The position numbers were made by a program, and so were the translations under genes. The notes beneath the pieces were generated by a model. That model saw only the letters and a list, made by a program, of their open reading frames with translations, did not search any database and was not told the DNA's origin. Of a stretch of 64,000 bases of DNA, positions 1 to 8,880 are shown piece by piece. Source of the DNA: Verrucomicrobiia bacterium (GTDB taxonomy: Bacteria > Verrucomicrobiota > Verrucomicrobiia > Palsa-1439); NCBI GenBank assembly GCA_035515475.1, contig DATJBF010000070.1:3228-67227 (forward strand), given 5' to 3'. How positions within the stretch are numbered: position 1 is the stretch's first letter; each line of letters starts with the position of its first letter.

Positions 1-510
1 GACTACTACAAGACGCCCATCGCCCAGGCGAAGTTGAAGGAGACGGTGGACACCTTCACCAAAGAACAAGACGAGATGATGGCCAACTACAAGAAGGGAA
101 TCGACGAGCTGAACACGCTTCGCGAGGAGCAGGAAAAGTCCGAGTATACTGCCGAAGTGCGCGAGCAGAAGCGGAAGGCGGTGGCGGAGAAGCTCGCCGA
201 GACCCAGAAGCTGCAGCGCGACATTGAGGACTACCGCGCCAGCCACCAAAAGATACTGCAGGAGCAGACCCAGCGGATGCGGCAAACGATTCTCAAGGAG
301 ATCAACGACGTGATCAGCAAGGAAGCCGGGGATCAGGGCTACCAGTTGGTGCTCGACAAATCCGGCAACACGCTCAATGGCGTGCCGGCGGTCATCTACT
401 CGCAGGACTCCCTGGAAATCACCGATGACATCATCAAGATTTTGAACAAGAACCAGCCCAAGACCACTGAGACACCTCAGCCTGCTGAAAAGAAGGGTAA
501 TACAAAGTAG
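1..510 (+). CDS. skp: OmpH/Skp periplasmic chaperone (5'-truncated by window edge)
   Basis: Open frame from base 1; helical, charged protein ending 'ILKEINDVI...GYQLVLDKS...VIY...ITDDII'; directly upstream of lpxD as in the canonical operon. Confidence 0.85.
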   Translation, partial: DYYKTPIAQAKLKETVDTFTKEQDEMMANYKKGIDELNTLREEQEKSEYTAEVREQKRKAVAEKLAETQKLQRDIEDYRASHQKILQEQTQRMRQTILKEINDVISKEAGDQGYQLVLDKSGNTLNGVPAVIYSQDSLEITDDIIKILNKNQPKTTETPQPAEKKGNTK

Positions 511-512
511 GC

Positions 513-1556
513 GTGCAGCGTACGGCCCGTGACATCGCGCGAATCGTTGCGGGAGAGCTTTCGGGCGATCCCGAGCGGGTGGTGACCGGCTTGGCGGGTA
601 TCCGCGAGGCGGCCCCGGGCGACGTTACGTTTTTGGCGAGTCCGAAATACCAAGCTGCAGTGAAAACGACCCGGGCCTCCGTCCTCATCGTGGCCAAGGA
701 CATGGAGGTCTCGTTCGGGGGAACGCTCGTCCGCGTGGACAACCCGGCGGCGGCGTTTGCCAAGCTCGTCGAGCAGGTCGCGCCGCCTCCCGTCACATAC
801 GAGCCCGGCATTCACCCCAGCGCGGTGATCGCGGCGTCCGCCCGGCTGGGCAAGAACGTATCGATCCAGCCGCATGTCGTAGTCGAGGACCGCGCGGTCG
901 TCGGTGACGGCACCGTGATCGGCGCGGGCAGTTGCATCGGACGCGAGTGCCGGGTTGGCGTCGAATGTCTTATTTACCAGCAAGTAAGTCTGCGCGAGCG
1001 CACCACGCTCGGCGACCGGGTCATTCTGCACAGCGGCGTCGTGCTCGGCGCGGACGGGTTTGGCTTCGAGACCGTGCAGGGCGAGCACCGGAAGATTCCC
1101 CAGGTCGGTTTTGTGGAAATTGGCGACGATGTCGAGATCGGGGCCAACACGGCGATTGACCGCGGGCGTTTCGGCCGGACGCGCGTCGGCACGGGGACCA
1201 AGATCGACAATCTGGTGCAGATCGGCCACAACTGCGTGATTGGCGATCATTGTATCATCTGTGGGCTGGTCGGGATCGCCGGCAGCACCATCATCGGGAA
1301 TCAGGTAACCATCGCCGGGCAGGTGGGCATCGCCGGGCATCTGACCATCGGGGACAAGAGCATCATCATGGCGCAGGCGGGGGTCACCAAGGACGTGCCC
1401 GCTGGCTCGGTGATGCTGGGGGCACCGGCAGTGCCACACAAGGAATTCAAACGCGTCAACGCTGCCGTGCAGCGTCTTCCCGAGACGGTCGCGAAGATTC
1501 ATGAGTTGGAGCGGCAACTGGCGGAGTTGCGCACCCGCCTGACGGCGACCTCCTAG
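513..1556 (+). CDS. lpxD: UDP-3-O-(3-hydroxymyristoyl)glucosamine N-acyltransferase
   Basis: Hexapeptide repeats; 'GADGFG', 'IPQVG', 'DDVEIGANTAIDRG', 'KIDNLVQIGHNC'. Confidence 0.96.
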   Translation: MQRTARDIARIVAGELSGDPERVVTGLAGIREAAPGDVTFLASPKYQAAVKTTRASVLIVAKDMEVSFGGTLVRVDNPAAAFAKLVEQVAPPPVTYEPGIHPSAVIAASARLGKNVSIQPHVVVEDRAVVGDGTVIGAGSCIGRECRVGVECLIYQQVSLRERTTLGDRVILHSGVVLGADGFGFETVQGEHRKIPQVGFVEIGDDVEIGANTAIDRGRFGRTRVGTGTKIDNLVQIGHNCVIGDHCIICGLVGIAGSTIIGNQVTIAGQVGIAGHLTIGDKSIIMAQAGVTKDVPAGSVMLGAPAVPHKEFKRVNAAVQRLPETVAKIHELERQLAELRTRLTATS

Positions 1557-1649
1557 TGCGCCAGCTTGGCCGCCGGCACTGTGACACCAACCGGCGGTTG
1601 AGACAACTTGCGCGGGGCTACCCGCCGGAAACCCGCTCCGGCGATGCGA

Positions 1650-1676
1650 TTGGCGCCGTGGCACCGTGAGTGCTAA
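1650..1676 (+). promoter_or_regulatory. Degenerate CIRCE (HrcA operator) overlapping the clpB sigma70 promoter
   Basis: TTGGCGCCG-N9-GAGTGCTAA versus consensus TTAGCACTC-N9-GAGTGCTAA (right arm perfect, left arm 5/9); overlaps TTGGCG-N18-TAAGCT. Confidence 0.65.
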
Positions 1677-1690
1677 GCTGTTCTGCCGCC

Positions 1691-4255
1691 ATGATTCGCT
1701 TCGACAAACTCACGATCAAAGCGCAGGAGGCGTTGCAGTCGGCGCAAGAGATCGCCCAGAAACTGAACCACCAGGAAGTGGACTGTGAACACTTGTTGTC
1801 GGCGTTGATCCAGCAGCCGGACGGACTGGTGCGTCCACTCTTGGAGAAGCTGGGCGTGAATCCCGATGCCGAGTTGCGCAAGCTCGACGACGCGTTGAAC
1901 CGCCGTTCCCAAGTCCAGGGCGCGGCGGAGCAATACCTGGGCAGGTCTCTCCGTCAGGTCCTGGATTCGGCGCAAGCGCACGCGGACAAGCTCAAGGACC
2001 AGTACGTGAGCACCGAGCATTTCCTGTTGGGACTGGCCGAGCACAAGAAGGTCAACGTGACCGTGACGGCGGTGCTGAAGGCGCTCCGCGAGTTGCGGGG
2101 CAACGCGCAAGTGGCCGATCAGAATCCGGAGGACAAGTATCAAGCGCTGCAAAAGTACGGGCGCGATCTTACGGAGGAAGCGCGGCGTAGCAAACTCGAT
2201 CCCGTGATCGGGCGCGACGCCGAAATCCGCCGCGTGATCCAGGTGCTTTCGCGCCGGACGAAGAACAACCCCGTTCTGATTGGCGACCCGGGGGTTGGGA
2301 AAACGGCCATCGTGGAGGGCCTGGCGCGGCGCATCGTCAGTGGCGACGTTCCCGAAGGTCTCAAAGGCAAGCGGCTGATCGCGATGGACATCGGGGCGAT
2401 GCTGGCCGGCGCGAAATATCGGGGTGAGTTTGAGGACAGGCTGAAAGCGTTCCTCAAGGAGGTCACCGCCAGCGAGGGCCAGATCATCCTGTTCATCGAC
2501 GAGTTGCACACGGTGGTGGGCGCCGGCAAGGCCGAAGGCGCGCCGGTCGATGCGGCCAACATGCTCAAGCCGTCGTTGGCGCGCGGCGAACTGCATACCA
2601 TCGGCGCGACGACGCTGGGCGAGTACCGCAAGTACGTCGAAAAAGATCCCGCGCTCGAGAGGCGATTTCAGCCGATCCTGGTCGGGGAACCGAGCGTCGA
2701 AGACACGATTGCGATCCTGCGGGGCCTGAAGGAACGGTACGAGGTGCATCACGGCGTGCGGATTCAGGACAGCGCCCTGGTGAGCGCGGCGGTGTTGTCG
2801 CACCGGTACATCACCGACCGGTTTCTGCCGGACAAGGCCATCGATCTGGTCGACGAGGCGGCGTCGCGGCTGCGGATCGAGTTGGACTCGTTGCCGACGG
2901 AGATTGACCAGATCGAACGCCGCATCATGCAATTGGAGATCGAGCGCACCGCGTTGAAGAAGGAAAGCGACAAGGCGAGCAAGGAGCGCCTGGTGAAGCT
3001 GGAGAAGGATCTGGCGAATTGGCAGGAACAGAGCCAGAAGCTCAAGGTCCAATGGCAAAACGAGAAGTCGGTTGTCGACGAAATTCGCAATTTGAAATCG
3101 GCCCTCGAGATGTCGAAGGAACAAATCGAACAGGCGAAGCGCGAGGGCGATCTGGCGAAGGCCAGTGAGATTCAGTACGGGCGCTTGCCGGAGCTTCAGA
3201 ACAAGCTGAAGGCGGCGGACCAGAAGCTCGCGAAGCTGCAGAAAAACTCGAAGATGCTCACTGAAGAGGTCACCGAAAACGACATCGCGGAGGTGGTGGC
3301 GTCATGGACCGGCGTGCCCGTCTCGCGCCTCCTGGAAGGCGAACGCGACAAACTGGTGCGGATGGAGGAGCGGTTGCGGCGGCGCGTGGTCGGGCAGGAC
3401 GAGGCGATTGTTGCGGTCTCCAACGCGGTTCGGCGGGCCCGCAGCGGGTTGCAGGATCCAAACCGGCCGATTGGATCATTCATTTTTCTCGGCCCGACCG
3501 GCGTGGGCAAGACCGAGCTGGCTCGGGCCCTGGCGGAGTTCCTGTTCGACAACGAGAACGCGATGGTGCGGATCGACATGAGCGAGTACATGGAGAAACA
3601 CACGGTCGCCCGCTTGATCGGCGCGCCGCCGGGATACGTTGGGTATGAAGAAGGCGGCCAGCTCACGGAGGCGGTGCGGCGCCGGCCATATTCGGTCGTG
3701 CTGTTCGATGAGATCGAAAAGGCGCACCACGACGTGTTCAACGTCCTGTTGCAGATTCTCGACGATGGCCGGCTCACGGACGGGCAGGGACGAGAGGTGG
3801 ATTTCAAGAACGCCGTTATCATCATGACGAGCAACATCGGTTCGCGCCACTTTGCCGAGCGCGTTGGCGACGCGGACGCGGTGCGCCGGCACGTATTCGA
3901 AGATCTGCGGGCGCATTTCCGCCCCGAGTTTCTCAATCGCGTCGATGAGATCATCTTGTTCCACAGCCTGACGATGGAACACATCAAGCAGATCGTGGAG
4001 ATCCAACTCGCACGCGTGCAGCAGCGGCTGGCGGACCAGCATATTGCGCTCACTCTCAGTGACGCCGCGAAAGAGTTGGTAGCGCACGAAGGCTACGACC
4101 CCGTCTTCGGCGCCCGGCCGCTCAAGCGCGTCATTCAGAAACAGATCCTCGACGCGCTCTCACTGGAGATCCTCGCCGGCCGGTTCAGGGAGGGCGACAA
4201 GATCAGAGCGGATGTGACGAAAGGCGGGTCGACCCTCAGCTTCGCGAAAGCTTAG
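1691..4255 (+). CDS. clpB: ATP-dependent chaperone ClpB
   Basis: Clp N-domain, two AAA+ modules ([16 protein letters not shown]), coiled-coil middle domain, 'GARPLKR'; ATG at 1691 preferred over the track start. Confidence 0.97.
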   Translation: MIRFDKLTIKAQEALQSAQEIAQKLNHQEVDCEHLLSALIQQPDGLVRPLLEKLGVNPDAELRKLDDALNRRSQVQGAAEQYLGRSLRQVLDSAQAHADKLKDQYVSTEHFLLGLAEHKKVNVTVTAVLKALRELRGNAQVADQNPEDKYQALQKYGRDLTEEARRSKLDPVIGRDAEIRRVIQVLSRRTKNNPVLIGDPGVGKTAIVEGLARRIVSGDVPEGLKGKRLIAMDIGAMLAGAKYRGEFEDRLKAFLKEVTASEGQIILFIDELHTVVGAGKAEGAPVDAANMLKPSLARGELHTIGATTLGEYRKYVEKDPALERRFQPILVGEPSVEDTIAILRGLKERYEVHHGVRIQDSALVSAAVLSHRYITDRFLPDKAIDLVDEAASRLRIELDSLPTEIDQIERRIMQLEIERTALKKESDKASKERLVKLEKDLANWQEQSQKLKVQWQNEKSVVDEIRNLKSALEMSKEQIEQAKREGDLAKASEIQYGRLPELQNKLKAADQKLAKLQKNSKMLTEEVTENDIAEVVASWTGVPVSRLLEGERDKLVRMEERLRRRVVGQDEAIVAVSNAVRRARSGLQDPNRPIGSFIFLGPTGVGKTELARALAEFLFDNENAMVRIDMSEYMEKHTVARLIGAPPGYVGYEEGGQLTEAVRRRPYSVVLFDEIEKAHHDVFNVLLQILDDGRLTDGQGREVDFKNAVIIMTSNIGSRHFAERVGDADAVRRHVFEDLRAHFRPEFLNRVDEIILFHSLTMEHIKQIVEIQLARVQQRLADQHIALTLSDAAKELVAHEGYDPVFGARPLKRVIQKQILDALSLEILAGRFREGDKIRADVTKGGSTLSFAKA

Positions 4256-4344
4256 GCCGCTGGAGCGCGGCCGCTCGGGCTTTGTCGGCACGCCGCCGGC
4301 GACGGGCCGAACGTGCACGCGACTGGATGGTTCCGAACTGCGGT

Positions 4345-4869
4345 CTACGACTCCGGCGTCTTTGAAGGTGCCGGTGGGATCGGTTTGGCGGAAAATCCCG
4401 GTTTGAGAGTTACCGGGCCGGTCTGCAGCTTCCCACCGGCGAAATCTGGTTTGACGACCTTGGCCATGCCGCGCTCCTTGGCGCTGGTACGCGGCGACCC
4501 TCCGCCCGAGGCACGAAGAATTCCTTCCCCCTGTTTGGCACCGAGGAGGGCTGCGCTGTCTGGAGATAGGCCCGGTTTGGCGGGCTCGGATTCGTACCGA
4601 AGCTCGACCGCGCCGAGCCGGATCGACACACCATGTTTCAGTTTGACCGCCATGATCCGTTCGTTGTTGACAAACGTGCCGTTGGTCGAATTGAAGTCGT
4701 GCAATTGATAATCGTCCCCATCGCGCACGAGGATTCCATGCCGCTTGGAGACGTTGTGATCCGGAATGTGGATCTCGTTATCTTCAGTACGTCCGATCGC
4801 CATGAGTTTTTTCGTCAGGTCGATCGTTCTGGCGAGCGAACTGGGTGACAGTATATGTAGTGTTGGCAT
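4345..4869 (-). CDS. FHA domain protein with Pro/Lys-rich tail
   Basis: 'IGR..DN......VSKRH......DFNSTNGTFVN' FHA signature; start chosen at MPTLHIL (4920 is an alternative). Confidence 0.85.
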   Translation of the reverse strand: MPTLHILSPSSLARTIDLTKKLMAIGRTEDNEIHIPDHNVSKRHGILVRDGDDYQLHDFNSTNGTFVNNERIMAVKLKHGVSIRLGAVELRYESEPAKPGLSPDSAALLGAKQGEGILRASGGGSPRTSAKERGMAKVVKPDFAGGKLQTGPVTLKPGFSAKPIPPAPSKTPES

Positions 4870-5043
4870 GGTCGGGCCCTTCTCGAGCGTTACGATGCGC
4901 TCCGGTCCCGCGCGCAACATAGCCAAGACGCGGGACCGAGTCAAACACGCGTTGTGGTCTTGCCGCCGAAGCGAAGCCGGGGAAGCCTGCTTGAATCGCC
5001 GGCGGCCGCGGTGCAGAATCAGGTAGCACTCTGAGGAACGATC

Positions 5044-5460
5044 ATGCCCAGCTACTGGTTACTGAAGACCGAGCCGAGTACCTATTCCTACATGGATTTG
5101 GAGCGAGCGGGGAAGGCAACATGGGACGGCGTGACGAATGCGTTGGCGTTGAGACATCTGCGGGCGATGAAGAATGGCGACCTGGCGTTCATCTATCACA
5201 CGGGCGATGAGAAGCGGATTGTTGGGATCGCGGCGGTGGCCAGCGATCCGTATCCCGATCCGCGGGAGGATGACCCAAAACTCGTGGTGGTCGACCTGAG
5301 ACCACGCGAGAGGTTGAACCGATCTGTGAGCTTGGCCGAGATTAAGATGCGGAGGGAGTTTGCCGATTTTGACCTCGTTCGGATGAGCCGGCTGAGCGTG
5401 ATGTCGGTGAGTGAGGCGCGTTGGCGTCGACTCTGCGAGATGGCCCAAGGCACCACCTGA
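5044..5460 (+). CDS. EVE domain protein
   Basis: 'YWLLKTEP..YS', 'WDGVTN..A..HLRAMK.GDLAFIYH', 'RLSVM.V'. Confidence 0.92.
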   Translation: MPSYWLLKTEPSTYSYMDLERAGKATWDGVTNALALRHLRAMKNGDLAFIYHTGDEKRIVGIAAVASDPYPDPREDDPKLVVVDLRPRERLNRSVSLAEIKMRREFADFDLVRMSRLSVMSVSEARWRRLCEMAQGTT

Positions 5461-5590
5461 CCGGGCCCTGAGAGTGAATAGTTTGTAACACGCGTTGGCC
5501 TAGCCAGTTGTGTCAGCAGGAGAATTCTTTGTCGTGGCGTCTGTGCATGAATGCTGCTATAGTAGTGGCCTTCGAGTTGACCGGTAGCAG

Positions 5591-5779
5591 GTGCAGAGAA
5601 AGAACAGGCAGCCAGTGAAACTGTTAGGCAGAATAAGGACACGGTCGGGCGCATCGCTATTTGAGTGCGCCGTCATCCTGGTTTTGGTGAGCATTGTCGC
5701 CGTGCTGATTCTCCAAGGCATTGGGGGCAAGACGAACCACATGCTCGCGCCCGTCAACGACGGGTTTGGGCAGCAGTAG
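5591..5779 (+). CDS. Flp/Fap-like (type IVb/c) pilin
   Basis: Basic leader, then G|ASLFE (Glu at +5), a ~20-aa hydrophobic helix and a short tail; 62 aa. Confidence 0.65.
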   Translation: MQRKNRQPVKLLGRIRTRSGASLFECAVILVLVSIVAVLILQGIGGKTNHMLAPVNDGFGQQ

Positions 5780-5787
5780 TTGGTGTC

Positions 5788-6825
5788 TCACCGCCGGGTG
5801 GCGGGCTGCTGTTGCGTGAGGCAGTGGAACGAGCCAAACCCCCAAATCAGGCTCGTACTATCCATCCCCACAACTCGTCGGCCGCGGAAAAGTTCCTGGA
5901 TAATCCGAATGGCGACCGCGTCGTTTTTCGGGTGACGGTACGTCGGCACCAAGACGACGCCGTTGGCGATGTAGAAGTTCGCGTAACTTGCCGGTAACCT
6001 CCGTCCCTGATATTCGACCAAGCCCGGCATCGGCAATTCCCTGATCCGCAAGAGCTGTCCATCTTGGTCACGCATGGCGCGCAACCGTTTCAGGTTTTCC
6101 TGCAACGGCTGGAAATTGCTGTCCTGCGGATCGTCCTCAACGGCGGTGACGACCGTTGCAGGACCCACAAAGCGCGTGAGGTCGTCCACGTGTCCGTCGG
6201 TGTCGTCGCCGGCGATTCCCTGGCCGAGCCAGAGAACGTTCGTGACGCCGAGATAATCCGTCAGGTACTGTTCGAGTTGGCGTTGGTTCAGTCGTGGATT
6301 GCGGTTGGGGTTGAGCAGGCACGACTCGGTGGTGAGGAGTGTGCCTTCGCCGTTTACGTCGAGTGCCCCGCCTTCCATCACGATGCCCGGCTTGAACACC
6401 GGCAGCCCGAGTGATTCGGCAATACGTGCCGGCACCCGGTCGTCCTCGTCGTAGGGCGGGTACTTACCTCCCCAAGCGTTGTAGTCCCAGTCCACAACGG
6501 CCAGTTCGCGCTCCCGTTTCACGAAGGTCGGCCCGTGATCGCGGCACCATGGCTCGTAGGCGGGGATGCGATGGTAGAACACGTTGACGGCGTCGCCAAT
6601 TGTTTTCCGGGCGATGGCTTCCACCTCCTCATTGCGGACGTTGATGTTGACCCGCTCGTGCGGCGCGAGCGTGCGCACCAACTCACCGAGCGTCGGCAAC
6701 ACCTCTTCGTAGCGATTGGGAAAACTGATCCCGTCGGGTCGCGGCCAACTCAGCCACGTCGCCGCATGCGGGTGCCACTCCGCGGGCATGCGATAGCCGA
6801 GTTCGCGTGGAGTTGGGCCGGACAT
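5788..6825 (-). CDS. aguA: Agmatine deiminase
   Basis: 'MPAEW.PH..TW..WP', 'WCRDHGP', 'EGG', 'DTDGHVD', 'ASYANF', 'GSFHCLTQQQP'. Confidence 0.95.
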   Translation of the reverse strand: MSGPTPRELGYRMPAEWHPHAATWLSWPRPDGISFPNRYEEVLPTLGELVRTLAPHERVNINVRNEEVEAIARKTIGDAVNVFYHRIPAYEPWCRDHGPTFVKRERELAVVDWDYNAWGGKYPPYDEDDRVPARIAESLGLPVFKPGIVMEGGALDVNGEGTLLTTESCLLNPNRNPRLNQRQLEQYLTDYLGVTNVLWLGQGIAGDDTDGHVDDLTRFVGPATVVTAVEDDPQDSNFQPLQENLKRLRAMRDQDGQLLRIRELPMPGLVEYQGRRLPASYANFYIANGVVLVPTYRHPKNDAVAIRIIQELFRGRRVVGMDSTSLIWGFGSFHCLTQQQPATRR

Positions 6826-7700
6826 CAGTCGAGAAACCGTTCCGTGATCGGGGCGTAGGCGTCGATGCGGCGGTCGCGCAGGAACGGCCAGTGTTGGCGC
6901 GTTTCCTCAACCAGGCGGAGGTCGCATTGGCCGACGACCACTTCCTCTGCGTCGTGGCTGGCGCGCGCGATGATCTCGCCGAACGGACCGCAGAGGAACG
7001 AGCCGCCCCAAAACTCAACGGTTCCCTCGCGTCCGACCCGATTGGACACGGCCACGAACACGCCGTTGGCGATGGCATGCGCGCGCTGGATCGTGACCCA
7101 GGCGTCGAACTGTTTCTGTCCGAGGGCTTTCTTCTCGCCGGCGTGCCAGCCGATCGCCGTGGGATAGACGAGGATTTGGGCGCCTTTGAGCGCGGTGAGC
7201 CGGGCGGCCTCGGGGTACCACTGGTCCCAACAAATGAGCGCGCCGATTCGGGCGTGCTTGGTGGTGAACGCTTGGAAACCCAGGTCGCCGGGCGTGAAGT
7301 AGAATTTCTCGTAGTACAGGGGATCGTCGGGGATATGCATCTTGCGATACCGCCCGAGGAGCTTCCCGTTCGCGTCGATCACGACGGCGGTGTTGTGATA
7401 GACGCCGGCCGAGCGTTTCTCAAAGATCGAGCCGATGACGGTGACGCGGTGACGGCGGGCGGTGTTCATGAGTGCCGCCGTGGTTGGACCGGGGATCGGC
7501 TCCGCCAGCGCGAACTGTCGGTGGTCCTCCGACTGGCAGAAATACAGCGACCGGAACAACTCGGGCAAACAGACAACGTGCGCGCCGCGTTCGGCGGCGC
7601 GGGCGACGAGCGCCAATCCCTTCTTCAGGTTTTCCGATGGTTGCGGCGTGCAGCGCATCTGCACGAGGCCAACGGTGATGGTGGGACGCGTCGTCGCCAT
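6825..7700 (-). CDS. aguB: N-carbamoylputrescine amidohydrolase (nitrilase family)
   Basis: 'PELF', 'YRKMHIPDDP.YYEKFYF.PGD', 'ICWDQWYPE', 'FLRDRR'; coupled to aguA; real start MATTRP at 7700. Confidence 0.9.
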   Translation of the reverse strand: MATTRPTITVGLVQMRCTPQPSENLKKGLALVARAAERGAHVVCLPELFRSLYFCQSEDHRQFALAEPIPGPTTAALMNTARRHRVTVIGSIFEKRSAGVYHNTAVVIDANGKLLGRYRKMHIPDDPLYYEKFYFTPGDLGFQAFTTKHARIGALICWDQWYPEAARLTALKGAQILVYPTAIGWHAGEKKALGQKQFDAWVTIQRAHAIANGVFVAVSNRVGREGTVEFWGGSFLCGPFGEIIARASHDAEEVVVGQCDLRLVEETRQHWPFLRDRRIDAYAPITERFLD

Positions 7701-7726
7701 GGAAAAAATCCGGCGGAACCATGATG

Positions 7727-7752
7727 AATTTCTTGCATTGCTGCAAGAAATT
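7727..7752. promoter_or_regulatory. Perfect 11-bp inverted repeat (putative operator) between divergent aguB and pdaD
   Basis: AATTTCTTGCA-TTGC-TGCAAGAAATT in an AT-rich 87-bp intergenic gap. Confidence 0.55.
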
Positions 7753-7787
7753 TGTTTTTGTTCGGCAGGGACGGCGAGAGCCAGCAC

Positions 7788-8336
7788 ATGCATTTTGTTC
7801 CATCGAAGATTTTTCTGACCAAGGGTGTCGGGACGCACAAGCACGAACTGCGCAGTTTCGAGTTGGCGCTGCGCGACGCGGGGATTGAAAAGTGCAACTT
7901 GGTGACCGTATCGAGCATTCTGCCGCCGCGGTGCAAGATCATTTCCCGGAAGCAGGGTGAGCAGCTGCTGCAGCCCGGGCAGATCACGTTCGCGGTCATC
8001 GCCCGCATCGCAACCAACGAACCGCACCGTTTGATCGCGGCGTCGATCGGCGTGGCCCAGCCCGCGGAAGAAGACGCGTATGGGTACCTGAGTGAATTGC
8101 ACGCCTACGGCATGAACGACACCGCGGCCGGCAATTTTTCCGAGGACATGGCGGCGGCGATGCTGGCAACGACGCTGGGGGTGGATTTCAACGAGGACGC
8201 CAGTTGGGATGAGAAGGAGCAGGTATTCCGCATGAGCAGCAAGATCGTGCGCACCAGCAATTGCACGCAGACCGCCGTCGGCCACCCGCAGGGGTTGTAC
8301 ACGACGGTGCTCACGGCGGCGATTTGTCTGTTCTGA
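7788..8336 (+). CDS. pdaD: Pyruvoyl-dependent arginine decarboxylase
   Basis: '[11 protein letters not shown]', '[11 protein letters not shown]...NLV.VSSILPP' (self-cleavage site), 'GYLSE'. Confidence 0.92.
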   Translation: MHFVPSKIFLTKGVGTHKHELRSFELALRDAGIEKCNLVTVSSILPPRCKIISRKQGEQLLQPGQITFAVIARIATNEPHRLIAASIGVAQPAEEDAYGYLSELHAYGMNDTAAGNFSEDMAAAMLATTLGVDFNEDASWDEKEQVFRMSSKIVRTSNCTQTAVGHPQGLYTTVLTAAICLF

Positions 8337-8387
8337 TCCGGCCGGCGACAGGTTGCCTTTCCCTCAGAAGGCATTATTATAACAACC

Positions 8388-8870
8388 GTGAAGAACGACG
8401 TGGTAGAGGTGCAAGTGAGGGGCGTGCTGCCGACGACGAACGGTTGCGCGGTGTTCGTCGGCAACGACGAGAAGACGTTTGTCATCTATGTGGACCACAG
8501 CGTCGGGGCTGCCATCACGATGTTTCTGCGCAACACGCCCAAGGAGCGACCGCTCACGCACGACCTGATCGGCCATATTTTCACGGGACTGGGCGTGAAG
8601 GTGGAGCGCATCGTGATCAACGACCTCAAGAACAGCACGTACTACGCGCGGCTCGTGCTGCGTTCCGAAAACGAACTCGGCAAGAAGATACTCGAGATCG
8701 ACTCGCGCCCCAGCGATTGTATTGCCCTGGCCGTGCAGCAAAAGAGTCCCATCTATGTCGCCACGAAAGTGTTTCATGCGGTCGACGACATGTCGGAGGT
8801 CCTCAAGCGCATGAAACAAGAGGGCGGCGACGAGTTCACCGGTCAGGAAGACGAAGGGCCGACCGAATAA
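8388..8870 (+). CDS. Bifunctional nuclease family protein (DUF151)
   Basis: 'RPLTHDL', 'IDSRPSDCIALA...PIYV'. Confidence 0.92.
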   Translation: MKNDVVEVQVRGVLPTTNGCAVFVGNDEKTFVIYVDHSVGAAITMFLRNTPKERPLTHDLIGHIFTGLGVKVERIVINDLKNSTYYARLVLRSENELGKKILEIDSRPSDCIALAVQQKSPIYVATKVFHAVDDMSEVLKRMKQEGGDEFTGQEDEGPTE

Positions 8871-8880
8871 GCGTGACGGT

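Noticed and set aside
7701-8285. Long N-terminal extension of aguB in the ORF track (486 aa)
   Set aside because: Overlaps pdaD on the opposite strand; nitrilase homology starts at 7700
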